Shown here piece by piece: positions 8,755 through 17,186 of a stretch of 32,000 nucleotides of DNA. The notes below the pieces were generated by a model. That model saw only the letters and a program-made list of their open reading frames with translations. It searched no databases and was not told where the DNA came from. The stretch is from Candidatus Kuenenia stuttgartensis (lineage in GTDB: Bacteria > Planctomycetota > Brocadiia > Brocadiales > Brocadiaceae). Position 1 is the first letter of the stretch. Each line of letters opens with the position of its first letter. Location: assembly GCF_900232105.1 (NCBI RefSeq), contig NZ_LT934425.1, forward strand, positions 3,270,001 through 3,302,000, given 5' to 3'. The position numbers and the translations under genes are program-made.

Positions 8755-9855
8755 TTAGATATCAGGCAGCATGCAGGCCAAGATTTTGAGTCGAAGATAT
8801 TCTTCGTCTCGTAGACCGTAAGCTCGGCGTTGAATGACCCTGATTTTGTTGTTCAGCCCTTCGACAAATCCTAGCGGAACTTTATTTTCTGGTTTGCAGA
8901 AAGCGGCAATGCCATCCCAGTGGCGTTCAACCAGTTCTGCAAACTCCTCATAGGGTTTAAGCCGTTGCCATTTTAACGAGGCCTTCCAGTTATCAAAAAA
9001 CTTTCTGGCCCAGGCCTCTGACGTGTAGCTCCATAACTGTCCGAATGTTTCTTTGAGGACATATGCCGTATTAAGTCGTTTATTAGCGGTCAGAAGTATC
9101 TTTAATGCCTTTCTCCCTTCTACCGTAAGGTTTTCACGATGAGAAAGAAGTGTGTATTTCTGACCTTTAATGAACTTACGATCTTTGCCACTCAGTCTGG
9201 CATATTCGCTCTTTCTCACTTTGTCTAAGGCGTCGTTCAGATGCTTTATGATATGAAATTTATCGTAAAGGATGGCCGCCTGTGGTGCGCGACAACGGAT
9301 GGCATTCTCAAAAGCCTTCCACATGTCCATAACCGCAAGCCGTATCTTCCTGGTTTTGTGCACACCTAACTCGTCGTAGAAGAGGTTCATGCTCTCTTCT
9401 GAACGGTCTTTACCACCAAACCAAATCACCCGCTTCCTCTCAAGGTCGCTTACTATGATACGGTAACGGTGACCTTTACGAATAGAAATTTCATCAATAC
9501 CGATTACCTTTGGACCAGGATTCCCGGCACGGCGGAGTTTCTCCAGCATGTACTGCTTTTCGAGTTCCTTGACAGTCTTCCAGTCCAGGTGCAATTCTAC
9601 GGCAACGTCTTTAATCGTCTGAGTATTGCATCGCTTGCCAACATAGAAGGCAAAGCGCTTGGTGTAGAAAGGATTATCCGCAAGGAACTTCAGCTTCTCT
9701 TGCTTCACCTTGTTGCAGCAAATACAGAAAACCCGGCGAATCTCAAGTTCAAGGTATACACGCCTATTGCCGCTGGAAAGATCACGCACTCGCCTATTCT
9801 TGCGGTCATAGATGGTTCGGTATACTTTACCGCAGTTACCGCAGACGGTTTTTTT
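8755..9855 (-). CDS. ISL3 family transposase, main reading frame
   Basis: Supplied ORF 8755..9789. Upstream in-frame sequence adds ...TVCGNCGKVYRTIYDRKNRRVRDLSSGNRRVYLELEIRRVFCICC (zinc-ribbon-like), continuing to the A7 run at 9849..9855. DDE region VIGIDEISIRKGHRY, LAVMDMWKAFENAI, FVEGLNNKIRVIQRRAYG. Confidence 0.9.
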   Translation of the reverse strand, partial: KKTVCGNCGKVYRTIYDRKNRRVRDLSSGNRRVYLELEIRRVFCICCNKVKQEKLKFLADNPFYTKRFAFYVGKRCNTQTIKDVAVELHLDWKTVKELEKQYMLEKLRRAGNPGPKVIGIDEISIRKGHRYRIIVSDLERKRVIWFGGKDRSEESMNLFYDELGVHKTRKIRLAVMDMWKAFENAIRCRAPQAAILYDKFHIIKHLNDALDKVRKSEYARLSGKDRKFIKGQKYTLLSHRENLTVEGRKALKILLTANKRLNTAYVLKETFGQLWSYTSEAWARKFFDNWKASLKWQRLKPYEEFAELVERHWDGIAAFCKPENKVPLGFVEGLNNKIRVIQRRAYGLRDEEYLRLKILACMLPDI

Positions 9856-9974
9856 CCCTGTCGGGTAAGCTTTATTACCATGGCATTGGAGTCGCCAAAA
9901 ACGCCTGATACCTTGTGTTGTGGTTTAAAACTACAAAACTGATATGCATCATAAAGTGATCGTTTTTTTCTCAT
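9849..9974 (-). CDS. ISL3 transposase N-terminal segment in a different frame (joins the main ORF by a 1-nt frame change)
   Basis: MRKKRSLYDAYQFCSFKPQHKVSGVFGDSNAMVIKLTRQGKK resembles ISL3 N-termini. The frame changes at the A7 run; the rest of ORF 9705..9974 is out of frame with the family-like sequence. Confidence 0.75.
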
Positions 9975-10105
9975 GCGATTTTATATCACATTTTTAGACG
10001 CTAAAACAAGCTGAAAACTCCCTCTAATTGCGGGTCGCAAGACTTTTTTCGCTCATTTTTACCCACTCAGTAGGGAGAAGACCCTAAATAGATAATGAAT
10101 GGAGT

Positions 10106-10564
10106 TTGGATTTGGTTAATAATAAAATAAATTCATACGATGAAATAATAAATCTTCTTGGGATCAGGCTGGATGATTGTGATAAAATACTTCGTAATAC
10201 AATTGAATTGAAGGAAATGTTGAACGGCGGAGATGAAGAAGACTTGTTAATTAAAAAAATGCAGGAAAGAGGGATAATAATAAAGAGGGCTTCCGCCCTT
10301 GGTGAAGAATGTCATTCGATAAAAGAACTTGTTGGGGGTATTGACGATGAGGAAGGAAAATATTTATTAAAAGAGCGAGTGGGGAAGATGAGAAAACTTT
10401 TAGACGAGATTGCTCTTCTGGATAAAGAAAACAAGTCTCTCATAGAAAGCAGAATAAATGAAATTGCTTTAAATCTTGAAAAAATACAGGAAAGCAAGCA
10501 ATTGGTACGTAGTTTAGACCAGAACATTAATGATAATCCTTCATTTATTGATGTGTGTGGATAA
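10106..10564 (+). CDS. FlgN-like flagellar chaperone candidate (coiled-coil protein)
   Basis: 152-aa mostly helical protein located between fliD and fliS: LLIKKMQERGIIIKRASALGEECHSIKELVGG...LLDKENKSLIESRINEIALNLEKI. Position and composition fit FlgN/FliT-type proteins. Confidence 0.5.
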   Translation: MDLVNNKINSYDEIINLLGIRLDDCDKILRNTIELKEMLNGGDEEDLLIKKMQERGIIIKRASALGEECHSIKELVGGIDDEEGKYLLKERVGKMRKLLDEIALLDKENKSLIESRINEIALNLEKIQESKQLVRSLDQNINDNPSFIDVCG

Positions 10565-10594
10565 TACAATACTTTTTTATGGAGGTGAAAATTT

Positions 10595-10906
10595 ATGGTA
10601 GGAACAAAAAAAGTTGGGCATGCATATCTTGAACAGGGAATAATGACGTTAAATCCGCTCCAATTATTAATAAAAGCGTATGACGCAGGTATTACCGCGT
10701 GTAATCGTAAGGATGAAGAAAAGGCAAGTATTGTGCTGGCAGAATTAATTGACTCTTTGAACTTCGATCAGGCAGAGATTTCAAATTCACTTTTCAGGCT
10801 ATATGAATTTTGTATGCGGGAGATAAAAAACGGAAGATTTGACGCTGCGTTGAAGATTTTTAAAGAGTTAAGAGGCGCATGGTTGCAGGTACAGGACGCC
10901 GCTTGA
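10595..10906 (+). CDS. fliS: Flagellar export chaperone FliS-like
   Basis: AYLEQGIMTLNPLQLLIKAYDAGITACNRK...LFRLYEFCMREIKNGRFDAALKIFKELRGAWLQV matches the FliS pattern. Confidence 0.8.
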   Translation: MVGTKKVGHAYLEQGIMTLNPLQLLIKAYDAGITACNRKDEEKASIVLAELIDSLNFDQAEISNSLFRLYEFCMREIKNGRFDAALKIFKELRGAWLQVQDAA

Positions 10907-11045
10907 TTTATATTTTATGTGTAAATATGCATATACGTTTTTAAAGTTCTTGCGCTGGCAGTAAATCAACCCATGCCACCTGTGCAAAGGATTAAATAAT
11001 TATTTTTAATTTTATCTGTATAAACAATATTTTTGGAGCAAAATT

Positions 11046-11579
11046 ATGGATGTGGGCAAGATTCATAGTTATAGTTCTAATAATAAGTTGTTTACTGAAG
11101 TTGACAAAAAAGATATTGTCAGCAAGGAAAAGGGGAAAGATGTATCTTCTGATAAAATAACAGAAGATGCGAAGGTTTCTTACCAAGCAATTATTGATAA
11201 GAAAATTGTATCGCAAAATGTGAGCAGTAGCGCGAGTGTTAGCAATACATCTCCTCAAAGCAACAGTAACAGCGACTCTAATGATGTGGCTGTTTCAAAA
11301 AAGGAAATACCATCGGAACAACCAGCTTCTTCTGCCTTATACGATTCTCATTCCCCTCCCGTTTTCCCCGGTGTTTCTCCTATTGGTACGCGGGTTGAAT
11401 TTGCTATTGAGAAAGAGTTGAATCTTGTTGTTACCACCGTGAGAGATTTAGACACCGAAAAAATCATCAGACAATTACCCCCGGAAGATACCATTTCACG
11501 AATGAAAATGCTGAAATCGTATTACAACCAAATGGCTCAGGCAAATTTGGGCAATAAAGTGGATGAAGTCGTTAAATAA
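11046..11579 (+). CDS. flaG: FlaG family protein
   Basis: C-terminus VEFAIEKELNLVVTTVRDLDTEKIIRQLPPEDTISRMKML fits the FlaG signature (VxxxDxxTxEVIRQIPPE); low-complexity Ser/Asn-rich N-terminal half. Confidence 0.78.
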   Translation: MDVGKIHSYSSNNKLFTEVDKKDIVSKEKGKDVSSDKITEDAKVSYQAIIDKKIVSQNVSSSASVSNTSPQSNSNSDSNDVAVSKKEIPSEQPASSALYDSHSPPVFPGVSPIGTRVEFAIEKELNLVVTTVRDLDTEKIIRQLPPEDTISRMKMLKSYYNQMAQANLGNKVDEVVK

Positions 11580-11582
11580 AGT

Positions 11583-11607
11583 AGACAAACGATTGTAGTC
11601 TTTTTTT
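11583..11607 (+). terminator. Possible terminator after flaG
   Basis: Short interrupted hairpin gacaaacgattgtagtc followed by a 7-8 T tract. Confidence 0.4.
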
Positions 11608-11764
11608 GGTACTATTTAATCGTCCCTATCATTATCCCCACAGTTTTTCCTTACCTTAATTCAAACATCTATTCTTTTTTGAACAGCGCTGGGGCTTCGC
11701 ACAATATTCCTTGTTTGGCTAGCTTTATCCGTGTTGCAGGGCATACTCTTCTACGTTCATGTTT

Positions 11765-12982
11765 CTATTCATTAGCAAGGGCTGATTTTTCATTACTGCA
11801 GAGGGTAAGTCCGCTTTTTGCCTCTGTTAGTTGCGGGTTAATGGTTAGCGCTTGTTCGAACATGTCTTTTGCTCCCCTTTTGTCTCCACGTATAAGACGG
11901 GAATTCCCGATCAGGATATAGGGGTTTGTGGCAGACGCGTCGTATGCCAGTGAACGTAAAAAATCATTTTCTGCACCAACAAAGTCGTGAAGTGAATAAC
12001 GGCAACTGCCTAACTCAAGATATATCTGCGCCATGTTTAATTCTACGTTGGGGGCAATACCTGTTTCGCCTTCAGATATTTTTATTGCAGTTTCTAAATG
12101 TTCAATTGCCTTCTGAAATTGTTTTTTTGTCACAGCGATTGTTGCAAGCATATACGCAGACAAAGGATTGTTAGTGTCTAAAAGCAAGGCTTGTTGCGCG
12201 TGGTAGACGGCTTTCGTAGTATTATCATTCTCTAAATATATCTTTGATAGGTTTATGTGCGATTGTCCTGTAAGTTCGTTTTTAATGTCAGTCGGTTTTT
12301 CAAGCATGCGCAGGTATACCTGAATCGCTGAATCATTGTTTCCCAGTTCCTGGTAAGTCATGCCCAGATTGAAGAGTGTGAATGAATCGTCCGGATTTTT
12401 TTCAAACTCTTTTAGTAAATAATTAAGATTCCGTTCCGCCCTTTGCCTCTTTTTCTCTTTGTTGAAAGCGTAAGCCCAGTGGTGAATTATTATGTCAGCT
12501 CTGAGTATTTTACCGCCTAATCTTTTAATTGAAGGCAATATTTGTTCGTGAATGGTCCCTTCAAAGCGGATTTCTGGATGTCTCCGGAAAACCCTGCAGT
12601 ATTCGCTGTAGAAAGAGGTTGCTATGTTGTCACATTGTTGAGGAATACATTGCCTTACCGTAAGCGCCATAATATCCTTGCTGTTAATTAGTGACCGAAT
12701 TTTTAGCGCGTTAGCTTCATCAATAATTTCATCTGCGTCAATGTAAAGTATCCAGTCGCCATTTGCATATCGCAATGATTCGTTGCGGGCTGCGGAAAAA
12801 TCGTTTCTCCATTGAAAATGATGCACTTTTGCCTTATAGCGCAGGGCAATTTCTACAGTATTATCAGTAGAACCTGTGTCTACAATGATTATTTCATCTG
12901 CAAAAGATTGAATACTTTCCAGGCAACGGGGAAGAATACCGGACTCGTTTTTAACTATCAGACAGGCAGAAAGTTTGACCAT
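11765..12982 (-). CDS. Family 2 glycosyltransferase with C-terminal TPR repeats
   Basis: MVKLSACLIVKNESGILPRCLESIQSFADEIIIVDTGSTDNTVEIALRY...DWILYIDADEIID (GT2, DXD-like) followed by TPR-like units. The supplied ORF starts at 13042, but Met at 12982 fits GT2 N-termini better. Confidence 0.88.
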   Translation of the reverse strand: MVKLSACLIVKNESGILPRCLESIQSFADEIIIVDTGSTDNTVEIALRYKAKVHHFQWRNDFSAARNESLRYANGDWILYIDADEIIDEANALKIRSLINSKDIMALTVRQCIPQQCDNIATSFYSEYCRVFRRHPEIRFEGTIHEQILPSIKRLGGKILRADIIIHHWAYAFNKEKKRQRAERNLNYLLKEFEKNPDDSFTLFNLGMTYQELGNNDSAIQVYLRMLEKPTDIKNELTGQSHINLSKIYLENDNTTKAVYHAQQALLLDTNNPLSAYMLATIAVTKKQFQKAIEHLETAIKISEGETGIAPNVELNMAQIYLELGSCRYSLHDFVGAENDFLRSLAYDASATNPYILIGNSRLIRGDKRGAKDMFEQALTINPQLTEAKSGLTLCSNEKSALANE

Positions 12983-13291
12983 AATGTGAACGTATCGCCT
13001 TTGGCGAACTCCTGGATGGATCAATCTTTCAGATTGATCCATATATTTTGGTATGGTTTGTGTGTTGGTTCACCGTGAATTGGAATTTTTAAAAGAGCTA
13101 AATTGTTACAAAAAACCTGGTTTTGAACATTTGAAAATTGAAAATTAGAATTTGTTTCGTATTTAGCATTTCGGGGTTCATCCGTAAATATTTTGTCAAA
13201 AAATGCAAAGAAATTACTGATAAGGTACTAACAGGCATCGGAAACATGCAAAACGATAAAACGTAATGTTGTGTATTTTCAAGATAAAAAA

Positions 13292-13313
13292 ACCGTTTTA
13301 TTAATATAAAACG
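13292..13313 (-). terminator. Rho-independent terminator downstream of the second flagellin (potentially bidirectional)
   Basis: Perfect 8-bp stem CCGTTTTA-TTAATA-TAAAACGG with a run of T on both strand readings (A7 before, T5+ after). Confidence 0.8.
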
Positions 13314-13347
13314 GCCTTTTTGTTTTTTTCTGACATAATAAAATGTT

Positions 13348-14247
13348 TTAACCCTGAAAGAGCTGCATTATTATCTGAGGGCTGGTATTTGCTTGTGCAA
13401 GCATAGCGCTGGCAGTTTGTTGCAATATCTGTAGCTTGGTGGCTTCTAATTGTTCATATGCCATATCTGCATCCTCAATCCTGCTTCTCGCAGCATCGGT
13501 ATTTGTTCTTGCTACCGTTAAACTGGTTTCCTGATACGTCAGCCTGTTTACCACCGAACCAATGTAGCTCAATGCCTCTGATACATCTTCAATGGCTGTG
13601 TCTATATTGCTCATCAATGCACGTGCAGAAGCGTTTGATGCTACCGATGTTGTAGCGATACTTACATTCAATCCACTTGCGGTATAGTTTTTATCAGTAG
13701 CCCCACTGTCAAAGCTTACATTGGTATTTGCTAACAAGTCAAACGACAACACGTCATTGGTACCGCTTGAACCGGCGCCAATCTGGAATTTGAACTGCAC
13801 GCTGCTTGCGGACCCGGATGTTGCATTCGCTCCGCCAAATATTGAATTTGAGTTCCATGTTGCTTGGGCAACCTCAAGATCAATTTGGACTGCCAACTGG
13901 TTCAATTCCGCTTTTATGGCATTACGCTCTGCGCTCCCTAACGAATCATCTGCCGCCTGTGTTGCCTTTGTCTTCATCTGTGTCAGAATATCAAGAATAT
14001 TGTTTAAATGGCCTTCAGCAACAGCCATCAGATTTTTGGCAGATCCTATGTTTGAAAGGGCCTGGCCAAGTCCCTGTGAACGGGCATTAAATTTTTTGGC
14101 AATCGAAAATCCTGCTGCATCATCTGCGGCAGAGTTAATTCTCTTACCGGTAGCCAATCTTAATTGAGATACAGAGAGGCGGGTGTTAACATCATTTAAT
14201 GATTTCAATGCGTTTAAAGCGCCGATATTTGTATTAATCCTACTCAT
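13348..14247 (-). CDS. fliC: Flagellin (second paralog)
   Basis: 299 aa, highly similar over its whole length to the flagellin at 5834..6730, including the D0/D1 ends; SD aaggaggttg. Confidence 0.98.
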   Translation of the reverse strand: MSRINTNIGALNALKSLNDVNTRLSVSQLRLATGKRINSAADDAAGFSIAKKFNARSQGLGQALSNIGSAKNLMAVAEGHLNNILDILTQMKTKATQAADDSLGSAERNAIKAELNQLAVQIDLEVAQATWNSNSIFGGANATSGSASSVQFKFQIGAGSSGTNDVLSFDLLANTNVSFDSGATDKNYTASGLNVSIATTSVASNASARALMSNIDTAIEDVSEALSYIGSVVNRLTYQETSLTVARTNTDAARSRIEDADMAYEQLEATKLQILQQTASAMLAQANTSPQIIMQLFQG

Positions 14248-14284
14248 TTTACAACCTCCTTGTTAAATGTAATAAATTGACTAT

Positions 14285-14311
14285 TTATTGTTTATATAGA
14301 AATTGCATTTA
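14285..14311 (-). promoter_or_regulatory. Weak sigma-28-like promoter upstream of the second flagellin
   Basis: On the minus strand TAAA-N15-AACAATAA (5/8 match to GCCGATAA at canonical spacing); overlaps the end of the HD-GYP gene. Confidence 0.3.
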
Positions 14312-16016
14312 TGCTTGTATTAAGAAAACTTATAAATTTTTTTAATATATCATTATCAAAACTCCCGTCCATCTTTCCTACCATATGCTGCAGTACTTTA
14401 AATGCTGGGTTTTGTTCGTATTTTGAATCAGTGGACATTTGTCGTTCGTATTCGTCAAGGAGGTGAGTTATGCGGCTATAAGGGTGGATTTTTTCTCCAA
14501 TTATGCCTTCCGGATAGCCCTTCCCATTTAATTGTTCATGATGTTGTCTTGCGATAAGACAAGCTTCTTCTGGGACAAGAGTATTTTTTGACAAGAGAAA
14601 GAATCCAAATTCTGCATGTTTCTTATAGGTTTCCTTTTCTTGTTTTGATAGTTTTTCAGGGGTTTCTTCTTCGATAGTGTTAGTGCTTAGGCATGTGGCG
14701 CCAATATCGTGAAGCAATATGCCCGTGCCCAATATTGCCAGTTCTTTCTTTGAGTAGCCTAAATAATGGCCAAATAGTATGCCGAGTATGGCCATATTTG
14801 CGGAATGGTTAAATACTTTTCCATTGTATTTTAGCACTTTTATTAAATGTGCATGCTTATCCTGATTTACTAATACAAAGTCTAATAGTGTCGTTGTCCA
14901 ATCCCGGACTCTTTCAATAATGACATTAATGTCAATGTTTTTGTAGGCGTCTTTTATTATATTTGACGCAATATCATAGAGCATACGCGCTCTTTCTTGT
15001 AATGATACTGTTTCGTCACGAACAAACCGATCCATGTTTGTTTCCATATATCGAAGGTATTGTTCCGTGCCATTTTTTGCGACGTATATTCTGTTAATAT
15101 TTTTCTTTACGAAGGATTCTTTCCGTTCGTCTTCCAACAATTTAAAACCTTTACAGTAAAGCAAATGCTTGGCTTCATTATTTACAATTGTTTGTAAATA
15201 TAAATCACACCCTGCAAAAGCGCCAGATTTAATACTTCTTAACGTTGCGGGAAGATATCTGTTTTTTTCATCATAATAATTTAATGTAAGTTGTTCTAGC
15301 GCGTTTCCGTTTTTTAAGCGTTCTGATAAATGAGAATTTCCAATGGCGATAGCAGCATAGGTTGCAATAGTTTCCAAAAATCTTACATCAGCTGCTCCAT
15401 AAACATCTCCGGACTTTTTATTGCTTACGCTTACAATTCCCACAACCTTCTCTTTCACTTTAATAGGAACGTAAAGAATTGTTTTGCCGAGAATCCAATC
15501 AGATTGATCCTGTTTAAAACGGGGATCTTTGTTAATATCATTTACAATAAGTGGATTTCCATTTTTTATTATCCATTTGAGGATGTTGTCATTTATCCTG
15601 AACGATTTATTGCTTGCGATATGATTAGCAATGCCTTCTGAAGCCTTTAGCAATAGTTCATTATTGCTATTGATCAAAACGATAATGCCGGTTGCGCTTC
15701 CTGTGCCGCTTATTGTAAGATTATTCATCAGGGGGAAAAGTCTATCTACCTCTATTTGTGAAATTAATGCGTGGCCGACCTCTTTAACATTCAAGTCCTT
15801 GATGTTTGCAATAGAATCATTGTTTCTTATGCCTATGGCGTCGGGGTAACGCAGTAAATGAGATAAACTGGTAAGCCTTTTAATATCAGACAATGATTCC
15901 TGTACATTTTTAAGCTCTTTCTGTATCTCTGTATTTAAATCTTTGGAAGATTCTGCATATCGCTTGATATAAACAGGCATTTTTAGCGTATTCATTGTCA
16001 TATTGTTTTCCCTCAC
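14292..16016 (-). CDS. GAF domain and HD-GYP domain protein (putative c-di-GMP phosphodiesterase)
   Basis: GAF: GNPLIVNDINKDPRFKQ...LYVPIKVKEKVVGIVSVSNKKSG. HD-GYP: LLHDIG...IARQHHEQLNGKGYPEGIIGEKIHPYSRI. Confidence 0.88.
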   Translation of the reverse strand: MRENNMTMNTLKMPVYIKRYAESSKDLNTEIQKELKNVQESLSDIKRLTSLSHLLRYPDAIGIRNNDSIANIKDLNVKEVGHALISQIEVDRLFPLMNNLTISGTGSATGIIVLINSNNELLLKASEGIANHIASNKSFRINDNILKWIIKNGNPLIVNDINKDPRFKQDQSDWILGKTILYVPIKVKEKVVGIVSVSNKKSGDVYGAADVRFLETIATYAAIAIGNSHLSERLKNGNALEQLTLNYYDEKNRYLPATLRSIKSGAFAGCDLYLQTIVNNEAKHLLYCKGFKLLEDERKESFVKKNINRIYVAKNGTEQYLRYMETNMDRFVRDETVSLQERARMLYDIASNIIKDAYKNIDINVIIERVRDWTTTLLDFVLVNQDKHAHLIKVLKYNGKVFNHSANMAILGILFGHYLGYSKKELAILGTGILLHDIGATCLSTNTIEEETPEKLSKQEKETYKKHAEFGFFLLSKNTLVPEEACLIARQHHEQLNGKGYPEGIIGEKIHPYSRITHLLDEYERQMSTDSKYEQNPAFKVLQHMVGKMDGSFDNDILKKFISFLNTSINAISI

Positions 16017-16575
16017 CGATTAGGATTTAAATTGGGTAATTCTTCGAGAACAATTTCATCTGTTTTGTTACTCTCGCAAGGTATATGCCAAATGTGATTT
16101 ATAAAAATGAATGGGAAGTATTGGTTTTTATAAGTTATTCAAAATAAATTAAATAGGTGAATTTATAGCGCTACGGAATTTGCGGTGAAATGTTAATAAT
16201 TTCTACATTTGAGAGGGGATGATGTAAATATTTCCGCTTTTTAGGAAATATATTCTGTGTGTTTTTTAAACCAAATAACGTTTTTTTGCTTTAATTTTGA
16301 TGAAAGGATGAAGATGAGTAAGACGAAGTGATATTATTAGGGGATTAAAAATATGACACGTGTGGTTCTGGTTGCAAATCTGAAATCACCCAGAGGTAGC
16401 AGGAATAATTTAATTGTATAAAAATTTCATTTTATCTATGCACTTTTCACGGTGGTAAGGACAAACTTCGTTTGTCCGTGATTGTTTGAATATGCGCACC
16501 GATATGGAATATAAAAAAAGTTTTAGTGCCGCCCTTTAATTTAAATGCGTCTTTCAAAAGATTATATTGATGCTG

Positions 16576-17184
16576 CTACTCCATCAGCAGTTTTGATATG
16601 ATTCCTGTCCGGCTATTAACGTCAAGCTTTCGCATAAGAAGCTTTAAATATCCTTTAATGGTATTACAGCTCAAATTAAGATAGAGAGCGATCTCTTTAT
16701 TGCTGTGGTCGCCAAGCAGCAATTGTACGATTTCCTGTTCCCGTCTGTTCAGCTGCCATTTGCGGAAGTTTTTTGCGATATGCGTATGGTCGGAATGCGT
16801 TCTGTCTAATATAAACAAATGGGGACACTCCGCCTGATTTATTTTCTGTGGCGAATCTGAAAGTACAATCCCCCGAACAGCATAAAATCTTTTCTGGCTC
16901 TTTATTACATCAATAAAGTAGACCTGCTCCGACCGTTCTTTGAAGGCACTCCCGATTCCTTCGAATTTTTTATCCAGCAATTTTTTCCATTTGTCACAAA
17001 ATGATGATATATCAGAAACAGCTTCTCTTTCTTTCTTCCTTACAGTATGTGTGCGCATCAGAATATCGAAAGCCATAGGGCTATAAAATACATCCAGAGC
17101 CGATTTTTCATTTCCTGGAATATAGAAAATAAACGCAGCATTTTTAATCACGTCTTTGGAATAAAAACCAAATGCACTGTCCAT
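16576..17184 (-). CDS. LuxR-type HTH regulator, copy 1
   Basis: C-terminal LNRREQEIVQLLLGDHSNKEIALYLNLSCNTIKGYLKLLMRKLDVNSRTGI is a LuxR/GerE HTH; no recognisable phosphorylatable receiver domain at the N-terminus. Confidence 0.85.
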   Translation of the reverse strand: MDSAFGFYSKDVIKNAAFIFYIPGNEKSALDVFYSPMAFDILMRTHTVRKKEREAVSDISSFCDKWKKLLDKKFEGIGSAFKERSEQVYFIDVIKSQKRFYAVRGIVLSDSPQKINQAECPHLFILDRTHSDHTHIAKNFRKWQLNRREQEIVQLLLGDHSNKEIALYLNLSCNTIKGYLKLLMRKLDVNSRTGIISKLLME

Positions 17185-17186
17185 GC

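Larger units (their letters stand above)
8706..10084 (-). mobile_element. ISL3-type insertion sequence (about 1379 bp) with 8-bp target duplication
   Basis: 39-bp terminal inverted repeats GGGTCTTCTCCCTA(TC/CT)GAGTGGGTAAAAATGAGCGAAAA (8706..8744 and reverse complement at 10046..10084; 2 mismatches). Flanked by exact 8-bp direct repeats TAAATAGA (8698..8705 and 10085..10092). Confidence 0.95.

Noticed and set aside
9469-9942. 157-aa plus-strand ORF antisense to the ISL3 transposase
   Set aside because: Overlaps the transposase on the opposite strand; sequence is explained by the antisense reading.
13721-14167. 148-aa plus-strand ORF across the second flagellin
   Set aside because: Shadow ORF; the first flagellin produces analogous antisense ORFs (5812..6084, 6166..6381).
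16353-16424. Possible 23-aa micro-ORF (MTRVVLVANLKSPRGSRNNLIV) with an AGGGG upstream in the 16.0-16.6 kb spacer
   Set aside because: A chance start plus purine-rich stretch is likely at this length; nothing else supports translation.
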